Source of the DNA: Asterionella formosa
Lineage: Eukaryota
Length of the DNA stretch: 58,512 nt
Direction of reading: 5' to 3'
NCBI GenBank assembly: GCA_002256025.1
Contig: NKIB01013392.1
Span: 1-58,512 of the forward strand
How positions within the stretch are numbered: the first letter of the stretch is position 1; every line of letters begins with the position of its first letter. Position numbers and translations under genes: made by a program. The notes under the pieces were generated by a model that saw only the letters and a list, made by a program, of their open reading frames with translations, did not search any database and had not been told where the DNA came from. Below, piece after piece: positions 21,898 through 36,142 of this stretch.

Positions 21898-23734
21898 TTA
21901 TTCCTTTTGAACTGTGGAAGCTGCTTCGTCATTGGATACAATTTCATTGAGGGATTCCGTCTCGTCCAAAGGTTTCTCATCAACAATATCCGTGTCGGCG
22001 GCTTGTTCCAAGATTTCCTCCCACGGTGCAGCACATGACAACAGTACAATAGCAACCATGAAAAACAAAGTCACCGACATGACACCATACTTTTGGTTAA
22101 TGTCATTTTGCACCAAGATACTAAAGAGTAAGGGAGGGAGCCATACCAAAATTTGAGTACAATACACAAAGAATCCAGCCAACTCTGCTTCAAGGCCCTT
22201 AGGAAGACACATGGAAAAGAATAAATTTTCCGTAGGGTAGAACCATCCCAAGAGAATCCCAATACACACACCCCAAACATACGCCAAAGTGTTGTCTCCT
22301 TCCTGAAGCAACAATGCTCCCACAATAGTAACGACAATCAGACACAGAGCACACAATCGTAGGGATACATTGGGGTTGGTGTTGCGTGTGACCATGGCCC
22401 CTAGCACACTCCCCGGCAAAGTTCCAAAGAGTGTTACAATGAAAAAGAGTCCAATTTCAGTTCCAGTCATATTAATGTGATCAGCCAAATACACCACAGC
22501 CACAACAGTAAATGCGTTCACAGCTGCTTCACCAAAGACTGTTGCCAATAAGAACCATTTTAATCCCTTGTTATAGTGCCTTTGAATCAATGTTGCAGTA
22601 GCAATATTTTGATAAAATCCTTGCGTGAGCAATCGCCTTCCTTGTGGCAAAATGTGATTTGCAGCAACATGGGGAAGCAGCTTCCACCCAAAGTAAAAGC
22701 CAATTCCTACCCAAACTGTGTTAATACCTTGACTGAGTTGAGCGGTTTGAACATCGTCCAAACCAAGAGCAAGGGCTAGTACAATGGTGACAATAAGAAA
22801 GGACACTTGAGATCCGAATTGTACCATGGTGAATGTAGCAGTGTCTTCGAACCATGAAATTGAGTGAGCAAGTGATTCAAATTTGCACAAGACATGCCAG
22901 ACATGCCGCAAGCACACACAATAAGATGACTCAACTCTTTGTCATGGCAACTTCTCCAACGATTCTAGCAATATCAGGTAAATATGCAAATGTTGCCAAA
23001 ACTTCTACTTGATATAAGAATCCGGAAAAGGCCTGCAGGAGAGCCATGGCAAACCACGTTTGTTCTACTGTTCCAATTTGAATGGCTTGAATGAGTGTCA
23101 TGGCAGCCGCAGCTGAAACTCCTACCGATTTCCGATGGCGAGTATAGTCCACCATGGCTCCAATAATGGGCATAAAAATGGCGGACAAGAGTCCAGAAAT
23201 GACGGCAATGTTGGTAATGAGTGATGTTGGACTGAATCCATACACGTTGGTGCTGCACTTGTCCACCACAGTCCCTTGGTCATCTACACAACCGGCTTGT
23301 TCGGATGCCAAATAAATGAAACTGGTGGATAGAAATATATTGGACATGATAATGGCACCACGTGCCGTTCCGAGCTACATGGCATGATTTATATAATTGA
23401 AATGATTGTCATTGTGGAGTAGACTGTGTGAGTTAGTAATACTGATCACTCCGGTACCAACAGTTTTCGTCGACAGTCACAGTACAGCAAGGCAATCGCA
23501 ATTACTAGCACTAGCACAAACACAAACCAACCATGTGAACATGACACTTACAATATTGTATCCCTTGGCCATGTCAACATCATTGAAATGAACCCAACGG
23601 CAGCATCCATTGGTCGTCGTTTCTGCTCTCGTCGATCCTACTTTGCTTATTGCATCTTGCAATTCAATGTTGGGAACGGCCGGAGTTTCGAGTGATGCAT
23701 GCCTCTCGTCTGGGACTGTTGCGGTCGTCGTCAT
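21898..23734 (-). CDS. MFS transporter, ATG22/UMF1-like, 3 exons
   Basis: Multi-TM ORFs with PIIGAMVDYTRHRK and AYLPDI. Intron 23375-23551 (GTAAGT...TAG) and a second intron of about 22846-22935. Confidence 0.85.
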
Positions 23735-25923
23735 GATGAGTGTGGCGAGGAACACTAATCGTGCTGGTGCGCAGTGTTAACAAATGGAAAGCGTTTTGTC
23801 AAACGGTGATGAAATTATGTTCCAAGCTGTAAAGAAACAAAGTTAGCAGTTCTGATACGGTATTCTTCAAGATGCCCGGTATGATATAATATAACGCCCG
23901 CTATATCATAGTTACTGCTCCATCTGAAGTTCAGGTAACTGGTATGGTACATAGTACCGGAACCTGGTACCTGGTACCGTACCGGTAATACGGCTTTGGT
24001 AACAACAGCCAACAGTACATAGGTCGCTGATACTGTAGGATATACTGTGGGCTATATTCCCTAGACTATCTTACCGGTACACCGTTATCCATATTTTGAG
24101 AAAGATAGTACCTGGTAACAGGTACCTGATACCTGGTACTCCAATAACAGTTGCATCGATAATTCAAATTTATGCGGGGCCATTTTGACTCCTACGATTT
24201 TCTCCTGCAGAATTGCCCTATTGTGCGACTTGCTCTAAGCTACGGAATCATGTGTATATATGATTTATGAAAAGATTGAAATTGGCAACTACATTTCAAA
24301 AAAGTTTTTGGGCTTTTTTGATTTTCACTTATAGCTATCTCGAGCAAAATGCAGATGCATGAGGACCCATTTTTCTTCGAACCATCTACCGGTATTCTCA
24401 ACATACGTACAAAGTACGATATAACAGTAGAACAACGGTAACTTGCATTCAATTATGGAATGCGCAACCCAGAAAGTGGTGATGATGAAAAGCAAGAACG
24501 ATGGTATGCTCGTTTTGAGGATTGTAACCGTTAAACATCCGGTGGTATGGTCTATGTAGGTGCAACAACCGTAGAAAGTATACTGAACGACAATCAATCT
24601 ATTCAATGTTATAATTATGATAGTGGCTTGTTGTATTGGGTTTCCCGCAAATATTTGACTGGCCGGCCGATGTGAAACAGCATTTGGCGAAATGTACATC
24701 TATGCAATGAATATGCGTATGTTAAATTGGTTTCGAATCATTTATTTACAAGCTAATAATTTAATTACAGAAACCGAGTACCGGTATGCATGTTTACGTA
24801 TATATAACTCATAAATAACGCATTATTTCGAGTAAGCCGACCCTCAAGTTAGAAAATTGGTATATCCGTTTCGTCATTTGCTTGTTGGAACTGTCCCTTG
24901 CCTCAAACCAGCTTACCGGTACCACCAGCTTGATGTGCGTACACACACTTTTGACTTGTTTTCATTGGTATGTTGTTCTTGTATTCACTGTTGAACTTGT
25001 CCGCATCTTTGTTACCATCAATTCGCTCGTTGGAACTGTCCGTTGCCTCAAACCTACTTAGCGTGCGTGTACTTACACTATAGACTTGTGTACATTACAG
25101 CAGTGACTTAGCTAGTAAAGTGTGTGTTATAATGTCATACTCCGTAGTATGATGCAGAATACAGTTCCCTCATCTTGATAAGATGATAATGTGATATCAC
25201 GATAGGGTTACATCGATGCATATATCACCAAAATATGATACTTAATATTGAATGATGTTTATCACATAGCTATGATACATTGATCATGGAACTATGATGA
25301 TTTATTAAAATGTTTATGATAAAATTTTAGTCAAAATATGATCTTGTTAAAGTAAAACAATGATCTGTTTGCTCAAGTTTGCTTCTCAAGTTTGCTTGTG
25401 TCTACCCACCACCCTCAAAGACATTAGTGGTGGCTTTACTTCGGAATCATCGACTCTAGAAGCCTCATCAGTATGAATAATTCTAATGATCCTCTTCAGG
25501 ATTGATTAATCCTCCAAACCTCTGGATCTCATGGTATCATTGACCAAGAGTGCATACAACAGTTCTTATGCAGCAGTCACAAACTACTTTACCACAATAA
25601 AAAGTAATTGGATGACAATCCTTGATTCTCATCTAGCACCAGTTTCAACACGATTTGTCATTTTCTGGCCTACTCTTAAAAATTTTCCATGACAACAATT
25701 GTTAGAAAAAATTTGAACAAAACTCAAAACACTCATTAATTTTTTCTCCCTTTGCCTCATGGATACATCATATTATACAGACATGTTGCGAACTTTCATT
25801 AATTTGTATCAATTGTGTTCAAAACAAGGCACACTCCCATTGGTAACTCATACTGAAATTCAAAATTGTAAATAATAAAATAAATACTATACAAATTCCC
25901 CTCCATCCATCATTCATGTACTA

Positions 25924-27425
25924 TCAACTATAAAATGCAATTCCTTTAATAAGCGGCGTCAGGGTAGTGGATGGGGAAGAGTTTTTTGGTTGCTCTTTCC
26001 AGTACCCTTCTGTCGCATTTTCGTCTTCCACTGTTGCTGTTCTTGGCAGTGAATCACTCGAGCTTGGCCAAATTTTCAAGTTGGCACTAGCAGGCATGGG
26101 ATGGTCACTTGCTAAATTTGACGGCCATTCACACATGACTGTTGTATCACTTTCAAAGTTCCGAGGAGATCCAGGGGGAGTCAAGAGTGGGACTGGTAGT
26201 GCGTCGCTCTCCTCACAGCAGCCCACCAAGTCGTCGTCCAATTCTTCACTCAATTGGCGATCGTTTTCTTCGTCTTGTGTCGATGGTGATACAGCTCCTT
26301 CGTTATTCCATGGTTGTTGCTCTTCTGACAACCATGCCGATGGCCCCAAACTCAAGTCAGGCATCCATAAAGGCAATTCTGTCAGGTGCGTTTGACTGAA
26401 ATCATGGGTAGATACAAATCTCATACGTTTCGGAGATTCCGCCGTCAAAAGTCTGGATTCTCGTTCATCTTCCAACATTGTATGCCTGGACAAGCACCGT
26501 TTTACTTTGGGTTCTGAATTGGCTGCGCTTTCTACAAAGGAAAATTCCGTCAAATTTTGGTCCTCGTTACTCATGATGGGCATATCTTCCCATGAGTTAG
26601 TTCCATCATCATAGCTTGCCAATGCATGTTCCAAATCCAACAATTCTGGTGCTTCATCCACTTGCAATGACGTGTGGAAAGATTCAACGTCATCTGGATA
26701 GTGGTCGTCGTTCACATCATTGTCGTCATCATCGCTTTCGGACGAGGATTCTTCTTCCTCAGAGTCATCATCACAACTTGCTGGTGCCAATGGCAATCCT
26801 CGTGCAACATATTCCGATGAGCTATAATAACAATGATACCAATAACAACAATGTGTGCAACAAAACAAACAACGCCATGTTAGTTCTTGAGCCATGTGTG
26901 AATTACTCGAGTCATGCTTATATATACATGCACAAAACAAGTATCGTACCTGTTGGATGCATCGTCGTCATTGTCTTCATCAAGATCTTCACCCTCGGCA
27001 ATCGATTCAATAATTCGACCACGAAGGGCTTGAGGACTAACAATTTCGACGGATTGCTGAATCTGCCGGGTGACAAAGTTGACCACTTTCATATCAAATC
27101 TATATAAATATATTACGAAAATGCAATGTTAGAGATGCCACTCAAACAAATCAAGGTAACGGTATTGATATAGTTCGTACCTATTTGGTTCATTGGATTC
27201 CGATGTAACAGAGTCTTCCTCTTCCTCATCATCACTGCTACTGTCATAATCAGAATCCGGAGGAATACCACCACTGCAAGTCAACTTGACTTCTTCATCT
27301 TCCGTTTCATCGGCAGTGTCCAATGAAATGGCTGTCTGTTTTGTCGTTTTGACAGGCTGAGCGGTTGCTTCTTCTCCTTCGTCGTCACGTAGGTGCTTGT
27401 GAGGTGGCTGAAAGGCGGATACCAT
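25924..27425 (-). CDS. Acidic, largely disordered protein of unknown function, 3 exons (introns 27100-27180 and 26822-26949)
   Basis: Both GT-AG introns join the three ORFs in frame; contains VPLLTPPGSP and CEWPSNL motifs. Confidence 0.75.
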
Positions 27426-29454
27426 GGCGTTGTAGCTGTTGAGATGCTATTCTTGTTCTTGTCGGTGTCTGTACTGGCAGAGCCTTGTTGGAAATACTCC
27501 TGTTTTGTAGAATTAAAAAAGCAAAGCAGTGGGGAAGGCGGGGGTTAGCAACTTCAAGTTCAATATAGAGGGGGAGGAATTAAAATAAGGTACACAATGA
27601 TGGGCGTTTGATCGTCAAGCACATTGCTTTCTTGTTGTGGGTATCATAAGACATATGATTATACATGTTACGATGATGACTCCAACCATCGAGGATGAAA
27701 GTGATCGATTCATTCTTTAAACGCAACGATCGATTCGTGACGGGAACAAATCATATATCAAATCATTGATGCCAAAACGTCAAAGAAGATCGGAGTCGAA
27801 GTGGTCGTGGTATTCCTGCCGGTACGCACGCGAACCTTCTCATGATGGTGCTTCAATGCATCGACACCATCTTGACAACAAACTACGAACTCCTCACCGG
27901 CAACAAGCAGTTACATGAACTCGGTTACCGGTATATTCAGTACACACGACTGTACATACCAGAATATAATGCCCGTGAATGAGAAGGCGAGCGTGTATGA
28001 ATGTATGAAAGGTACGATCTAGTACGACGTGCGCCATCTGCCTCAATAACCCATAGTACCAAAGAAGCCCAATTTTTGAGGAACCACAAAATTGTACAGT
28101 AGAGCACATCAGCGAAGGGTAGACCACCTTGGCAGGTATATAGAACTAGCGGTACTAGTACGATATTCTACCTGATGGTACCTGGTACCAGGTACCCCAT
28201 AGTACAGCAGTAGCAGTGCCAGCGGTACATGACTGATACCAGGTCCACTTGGTATCATCCCATCATCCTTCTCACGATGGCTGAGGGACAACCAAACCAG
28301 CACAACAACGATCAAAACACAATGCATGAAACGAAAGTAAACGAATCGATACAACCAATGTAGCGCTCCATCGAATTGGACGGAGAGCCACGTCGATTGG
28401 GACATTCAATAGCAAGACGAACGATACTGGAATCGGCGAGACTGGACAAACTCCAGTTGACATGGTTTCCATTCACAAAAACAAACACAGATGTGGAAGC
28501 CAGCGTTTCCATGTGCAGCTGAGTAAGCTCGGTTGAATTCCAGCGAAACGAAGAAGACATTGGGGCTGAGAGGTTGCGGCGTTCCCCAAGATTCTCACAA
28601 GAACAACAAAGTGCCAAAGAAACGGAACGAATGAAAGAATGAACGAACGAGAAGCGTTCCTTTGAGGAAAGCAGCCGACATTGGTATTTCGGTACGTACC
28701 TGAATGGTGCTAAGGTAGACTTGGTGTTAATGAGCGGGTTACAAGTCAAGAGCTTCATTCAAAAATCGATTGTCTTGCTTTGTTCTGTTTTCTGAATTTT
28801 GTAGGCTGAGTTCTTTGATGAGCAGAGGAGTGCTTTCCTGTTTCGGAAGCAAAACGTCGTTGATATTTGTACGGGACGTACCGTACCGAACATACCCGTA
28901 TGATTTTTGAACTCAGCTGGTACCTGGTACCTGGTAGCTTTTCTCGCTCTACATAGGCACTTGTCATACTCCTGCCATGCTTTGTGGCCTGGTGACCTGG
29001 TACCAGGTACAAGAACGAGCTACGACATGTACCAGAACTTTCGCTCAAGGGCGGTCGTGTTTGCATGGTTCTGTGTGTATGTAGAGTTGTTGATTCACAA
29101 CAGCCACAAACGGACGTCATGTAGAATCTAACAACGTTGAATCTCGTTCTATAAGTAGGATGGTCTCGTCCATCGCCGTTTGTGAACAACTTACCTGGTG
29201 TGATGGGCCGAGGAACGTACCTGGTACCAGCTCTACATAGCACCGGTACCTGGTACTCAACTTGGTAACATAATAAACACAGGTATCAGGACATAACTTG
29301 TTTGTAGGAGTATCTATCGGCCAGTTTTCTACATAAACTACAACAAGTAAGATGAAATGTGTCGTGCACCTTCCCGACCAGTTTGCTCAGAGGGAAAAGA
29401 GAGTCTTTAAACAACAAACGCATGCTGTATGTGTAGACCAAATTACTAGGACGA

Positions 29455-29668
29455 GCAAATTGTGGTCATTTTGCTTGAAGAAACAATTTAATACCGGATA
29501 AAGATAGCTAAAGTTTTAGATTGAGCACAATTACCGCAACATGCAACAAGTTATACCGGTAGAAGTAATGTATGGGTCACCCTAGCAAGTTGCGGTCATT
29601 TTGCTTAAACTAACATTATAATCAAGGATAAAGATAGCTAAATCTTTAGTTTCAGCAAAATTACCGCA
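29455..29668. mobile_element. Two adjacent copies of an ~88-bp MITE-like element
   Basis: 29455-29544 and 29585-29668 share GCAA(G/A)TTG(C/T)GGTCATTTTGCTT...GATAAAGATAGCTAAA...TTACCGCA; they are the reverse complement of the copy at 49486-49573. Confidence 0.8.
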
Positions 29669-29989
29669 TACAGTACCAGGTAACGGTATACTTTTATACA
29701 AGATAGGATCTACAGTAGCATGAGGATACCAGTATCCATGTCGTACGGTAAACGAGGTAGCTGGTACCTACCGGTACCTCATCAGAGATGGTGACTGCAG
29801 ATTACGTACGGCTCTTGACTGATGAGAGCAACGCCACCGCATCGACCAAAAACCAAAGCCAATTCCAGTTGAAAATATCAACACACGTCATTTGGTCGTC
29901 GAGAAAATATCTATCAACAATCGAAAAATGGCTGGTTCCGTTTGTTGATTTTTCTGCATGTTTCTTGTTTGCTATGTTAGATCATAAAC

Positions 29990-30600
29990 ACAAGTTGCCT
30001 TGCAATTTTGTATTGAAATCAAGGGCACAGCGGTGAGTTTTGAATCATTTGACAAAGCTTCTCAAACTAGATGCCAAGTGGACCCCAGCAGCCAGTGCGG
30101 TCCACTTCATGGGTTGTTGGCTGTGTCAGCTTTGGCATCCATCCTGTCATCTTGTCATTAGCTTGTCAAGATCTTTCCAAATCTTGAAGTATGCACAAAG
30201 TATATATTGTCTTGCTCGGCCGCTTTCAAAATTCTTTTTGCTGTTCACACTTTTGTCTCTTGACACCATGATGCTCTCTTGCACTATAGACCTGTAGTTC
30301 TCATTCCTCTTCTTCCTCCTCAGAGCAACCCAACAGAAGAAATTTTTGGCGCAACCACAAGAATAATCAATTCCCTTTCATGCAACTCAACAGTGTCATT
30401 TTGGTGTCAACAAGTACTCCCATTTCCCTTTCTTCTCATTGACTGCAATAGTGTCTCCTCTTCCTCAAAATCAAGACAGTTTCCAGCCCTGAACCACATT
30501 TCAAAGGAAAGCAATCTTTTTTGGATGAATCCAAATTCTTCCTGATTTCCATTCAATGTGTTGTCGTCCAATCTCTTTTTAAATCCATGCTTCTAATCTT
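29990..30600 (-). pseudogene. Decayed IS630/Tc1-mariner-like DDE transposase C-terminus
   Basis: Manual translation across stops and frameshifts: NCLDFEEEETLLQSM..MGVLVD / TPK*HC..A*KGIDYSCGCAKNFF..KKRNENYRSIV..RARQYI..AY..FKTHRCALDF. This fits the PKxHxELAGEGIEYSWG...KTHRCALDF pattern (recalled). Confidence 0.6.
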
Positions 30601-31835
30601 TCGAATTTACTCTCATTTGACTGAATATGCATTGCAGCCATGTTTTCAAAAATTGCTCTTTGGAGACAAAGTGTGCATGTGTGGCCAGTGCAGATTTTGG
30701 GTTTGTTAAATCACTTGAAGGTGATAGTGCAACAACATTCCTGGGTCTTGTCTTCATGGCTTTGGAGAGAGTGAGCAATGTATTGGCATTTCATTTCTGG
30801 ATTGTCCACTTGTTGGGATGGGCGGCTGATGTTGTATTCTGGCTTTTTAGTTGGTGCTTGAAATTCAGAATCATTTTGTGTGTGGGTGCTTTCAGGGCGG
30901 GGACAAGTCTCAGTTATCGAGTTCATGTTTCACTGGGTATGTTGGTGCTCAGTCCCAAGACTTCAAATTGGTACCACAATGATTCAGTATCTACTTATGT
31001 TGAACATTCACACCCCTTAATTCCCTCCTCTTGCAGCAATAGTAGTTGCTGCTTCTTTCTGACACCTGACTTCATTTCTTCTCCTTCACTAGTCATAGTA
31101 CTTGTACTGGTAGAATTAAAAGGAGTAAGTAGAGCAACTTCTTTGTCTAATGTTCAAGGTGAAGTAGCTACTACTAAGTGATGTCACAGCCCTGTGACCA
31201 TCATGAAAATTTTGGTCATCACAACCCCAAGCAACTTCTACTCCTTCTTGTTTGCTGCCTCTTCAATGGGTTACATTTCTCCTCCCATACAGATGAATTC
31301 ACATAAGTAATGAGCTAAGTAACCGCTATCACTGAACTTTCTTTAACATAGATATAAGGTTTGTCTACTTTTGCTCATCATTTGATACTCATGTTGAAAT
31401 ACCATGATCACCTTCTTGCCTCTAGAAAACTCGACCTCATTTGGTTCCAAAATTTTGTTTGGATACAACTTCTTTAACTAACTTATCAATCTATTAGTAT
31501 TGAACTGTATATCATAGCCAATAACACTACTTTTCATGAAGATAATCCCTGAAATGACCGACCGGCGACCAACCACCATGTATGGCAAGGTCATTGATGG
31601 CGACCATAACTGATATTGCTGTAATTTTTTTAAACTTCTGGTGAAAAGTGATTAGTACCCAAAAGCAATTTATTCATGAAATAACCAACAGTTGTTCTAA
31701 AAGCCTTTGGGGAATCAGTTTTTCGCAAGAAACGACGGAGATCTTGAGTAACATAGTGAGCCAATCGAAGCAAACAAAGTGGTGTGATCTTTAGAACACC
31801 TATAGGGATAAAGATAATATTTTGTACTAGATCTA

Positions 31836-34449
31836 CCGTCTAAGCCGCTTCTTACTAGTACGTGAAGTGACCATCACGTAAATAAGCCTAGTTGATTTTG
31901 AATGGATCACATGAATTAGTTGAATACATCAAAATGCTTACTTGAATGTATCTATTTATTATCTGAATACATCACGTTAATTATTTGATCAGAGTATCAT
32001 GCATGCATTCCTGATAATCACTATATTACGTGATCACCTTCAAATAATTATTTGAAATACTTCATGTAATTTTTTGAAATACTTCAATTAATTCTGTAAT
32101 TAAGTTCATATTCTTGCCTTATAATTTTGTTCACGTAATTCTATAATATAGTTCATGTAATGTATTAAATTTGTTGATGTAATTTAAAAGTACTATCAAA
32201 TATGTTGATTTCTGATTCAACTGCCAGTATTTCACATTACATGGGAAACAAATCTCGATATGCAATCAAACAAAGCAAGTTCTTTCAGAATGGCATCTTC
32301 AGTCTTGATAACGCAGGCATCATGAGACGTTTGTAAGGACAATGCAAGACAAACAGAAGCCATTCATTCTGAATGAAAAAAATTCATTCTTGAAGAGGCA
32401 TCATGGTGCGAAATCGCAACAGGAATGTATCACACTGGCTTCCTTCTTGTCTTTGAAATGACTTCGTCATTGACCTGCAAAGATTTACATAACAACAGTG
32501 TGTCAGTAATACATATGATAGAACTAGCAACAGCAGAAAGCAACACACACATGTGACAGCAAGACACCGGTATTTGCCACCAGGCAGCATCGCAAATCAC
32601 TGATGCATTCAAAAGAATGCTCCTGTTGTGAAATGGACGGCTAAAATGTAAAATAAATGTAGACAACAATAACAGAACCATGTGATTTATCGCTCGCTTT
32701 GCTGATGTGACGACAAAAACTGAGGATTAAGCTTACCTTAATAAAATCTTCCATTGCAGGCGGGTCTCCATTTTGCATCATTTCACCTTCTGTCATTCCT
32801 GCTTTCAAAAGAACACTCCTTTTCTGAAAAGGCCTGTTCAAATGTCAAATGAATGATGAGAATAACAGCATATCATTATGAATTATCACTCGCTTGGTGA
32901 TATGATAACAAAAATAGCAAGAAAAAATATTACCTTAAAAGCATCCATTGCAGACGATCTCAATGTTGCATCATTCCACCTTCCAATTCACTCCCATGAT
33001 GAAATTTCAATATGTTGTGTCTTCCTCAATTCTGTGTAATTCGTACATTCAGAGCATTGTAGCAACTGCGTGGCAACCCATCGGTCCCATGCTTGCTTGT
33101 TCCACCGAAAAAGACCTCTTGGATCGCTCCCTCGAGTGTCATTGACTCCATATGACGTTATTATCCTTCTCAGTTCATCTTCTAGAATGGCTTCTGTTAC
33201 TGAAATCATTCCATCTGGCCCTATTCAGTTTCCAGTCAAATACAGTTTGGTCACAGCGCACCTCTCCTGATCCCATCAGCCAACGCCATGGCTCCTTTTT
33301 CCCGCATGTGATTCTTCCCTGCCAAGTAGAGCGTATGCAAGGCAGATCCAAACAAAGCACGTGCCTATGATCTAATCCCATCATCGCCGACTTGGTTGAA
33401 TCCAAGATCCAATGATACCAAAGCGCCGTGTGCTGAAATCCCGACAGCCAACGTATTAAAACATACCTTTGTTGCCCAAGTTGTTGTAACCTGGTTTGAG
33501 AATGGAAAGATTTGAATTCTGCAGCAGCGACAGTTTTACTAAGCGTGCATCCAATGACTGCAATCCTCGCTGTGATAATCAATCTACCAATTGTGATTAC
33601 AGATGGAGTATTTGAGGGGAAAAAGCGCCAAGGGGTTAGAACAACTGAGCCACGACACAGCGCAAGACAACAACACGCACTCAGGGTGCTTGTACCAGTA
33701 CTAAACTTGGTTAGCTATCATCGCATAAGTGCTTCTGATAAGCGCTGAAGGAAACTCTCTCAAGTCGGCGTTGCTTTGCTTGGCGTGGTGGTGCGAGTTC
33801 AATTTGCCAATTTTACATTGACAATGCGCACTTACTTCAGCCTACAGCGGCGATGTTTATGGTTGCGTCAATTTGGTGCATGAGGATGGCGAAAACATTT
33901 TTCGCTTTCATTTCTTGGCCGATTCATACCTTCTCGGCACATATACCATACTTTACTTGAGTTGCATTTCGCAATGATTTATCCTCTAAAACAATTTTAT
34001 CTTGAACTTTTAAAATATGTAGTTGTAACATGAACTAGTTTTGTCTTGGAAATCACTGTTGATTCTGAATCATCAAACATGAAAAACTCGAAGAGAAGTC
34101 TTGTTCACTATAATAGTTCATATTATTTACGTGAAGTGCACAACTATAGACTGTAGACTCTCCATGCATGAGAAAGACACTACAAATATTCTTACTATTT
34201 CACAATAAAGATGTGTGTAGTAAATGAATTAGCCATGAGAGCAGGATATTAGTTGAACTTTGAAATGAATTATTTGAAACATCAATAAATTCAGTCTCGA
34301 GTTCAAAGTTCATTATGAAAACTTCACATGAAACCTTTAAAAGTAACCTTTTTACGGGAAGAGTGGCATTAATTCATGTCAAGTACGCCATCATTAACAA
34401 TCCTACATTAATGAAATTTCGAAAAGTGGCGTATTTCGCGGCTTAGATG
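31836..34449. mobile_element. TA-flanked TIR element (~2.6 kb) nested in the Harbinger, with unidentified decayed minus-strand ORFs
   Basis: TA|CCGTCTAAGCCGC at the left end and GCGGCTTAGATG|TA at the right end; many (A/T)TCA(C/T)GT(A/G)A-like subterminal repeats at both ends. Confidence 0.6.
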
Positions 34450-34719
34450 TACTATAATTTTTATTTTGACACAACCAGCCGTAAAATAGTCGATTCTCAA
34501 GCCTACATTTTTAGAATTAAGGGTAGACTGTAGTTACGTGTATATCACTTTTGATTCATGAAGTAGCCGCATACATACCTTATTCTTACACAGTTAGCAA
34601 TATGGCTATCTGGTACTGCCCATCAATAAATTCTACGACCAAGGACTTGAATATCGATTGTAAATAATTGTGGCTTCTTTATTACCAATTAATATGATTT
34701 TTATTCATACACAGCGAAA

Positions 34720-35260
34720 ATGAGCAACGATAACGACTAGTCAGATGACAATCGCTTATTCCAATCCTTCCGCAATATGCGGAAGCAAAGTGAGAAGGCC
34801 AGCCAAGCAAGAACGAAAAAACGAAGGAGGATCAAAGGTCGTGGGAAAGGCATTGAATATCAATCGTTTTTTGACTGACGAGATTTTCAAAAAGGATTTT
34901 TTCGGTGAAAATCCGATTGTCAGAAATATTCAGGAGAGGACGCTTCCAGATGAGCCAGACATTGTTTGAGAAGTTCCTTGATAATTTGTTTTCTTCGGAC
35001 ATTTGGAGTTGTACAGGCCAGGAGGATGACCCTTGCACTTTCATGTAAACTTTGGTCAGTGGGTACTATGAACAGCTTAATTATTGCCTGCCATCATTTT
35101 GCACAACACCATGATCAGAGAGGATGAGTGAGAAAATCAAAATACAAATATCTATCTATTTGACAATATTCGGAATGGACATTTGGTTGACAACGCCAAC
35201 CATTACAATGTCCATACATTTCTTGATTTCAAGAATATTATAATAAACTACTTGAGTGAA
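34720..35260 (+). pseudogene. Harbinger (Plant_tran-like) transposase with most of the catalytic core deleted
   Basis: N-terminal DFFGENPI / FRRGRFQMSQTLFEKF is joined almost directly to C-terminal TFGVVQAR...LWS..TMNSLIIAC / IILHN / MIREDE. Confidence 0.7.
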
Positions 35261-35439
35261 GGGGAGCAGTGCTTGTGGATTCAAAACGATAACAAATAGT
35301 AGATAATAGCTTGATTCTAGATTAATATTTTTAATTCTGTAAAATACAGATTCAAGATTGACGATATGAAATGAATAGTGTAATGTAATGTCAATAAAAT
35401 CAAACTGGTTTATTTCTCTTGTGATCCAGTCTCTAGAAT

Positions 35440-36142
35440 CGAAAGCTCATCATCAGTAAATGATGAACAAGAAGTTTAAAAATCGATTTCAACTAAACTC
35501 TCTGACTCCAAGAACCGGTCTTGGATTTTTTGCGTGATGGTTTTGAACTGTCCTCCACCTCCTCCATAGCTCTTTCTTTCAATATTCTTTCCAACATCTG
35601 CACATGTTATTGTTCGATGACAAGCTGAGCATTTGCGAGTAGCTTTGCATCTTTTGCTTTTTTCGCTCCCTTGGGACTCACCTCTAGTAACTCAGGACAA
35701 CCCTTCTTTGTGATGTGCTGCTGATCTCGGACATATCCACACCCACCCTTCCACTTTGGGCCATCCTTCAGAATTCGCCAACACCATTCGAACATGAACT
35801 CTCTACCCAATTTCCTTCCTTTTCCCTCTATTTTAATTACTAGCTCCTGGATTCTTCAAGACAGTCGTCATCTGTCCACCCTGACTTAGCAATGGACGTA
35901 ATCTGTGAATGGAGGCCGCAAAAATTTGTCACATATTGATTGATTGTTCCCCACCAAAAAGTGCACGCCATTGAGGTGAGATCTTTACCATCTGGGATAA
36001 GCTCAACATAAATCTCGAATACCCTGCTCCAAAACTTGCTTGCTTTCTGACCAGTCCCAGTGATTGCGTCTTCACTTGCTGCTAACCAGGCCTGAGAGAG
36101 TGCTTCGTCCTTTTCCTTCTCCCATGTAACACTGAAACCCAT
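35440..36142 (-). pseudogene. Harbinger accessory Myb/SANT-like (NAM-associated) protein, disrupted
   Basis: WEKEKDEALSQAWLAASEDAITGTGQKASKFWSRV...SGWTDDD, then FMFEWCWRILKDGPKW in another frame. Confidence 0.8.

Noticed and set aside
24880..25095. Degenerate ~145-bp-period direct repeat (GTTGGAACTGTCC.TTGCCTCAAACC)
   Set aside because: Real, but looks like an ordinary local duplication with no further structure.
29455..29668. CRISPR-like repeat-spacer pattern
   Set aside because: Only two long units with TIRs, eukaryotic context and no cas genes; it is a MITE pair.
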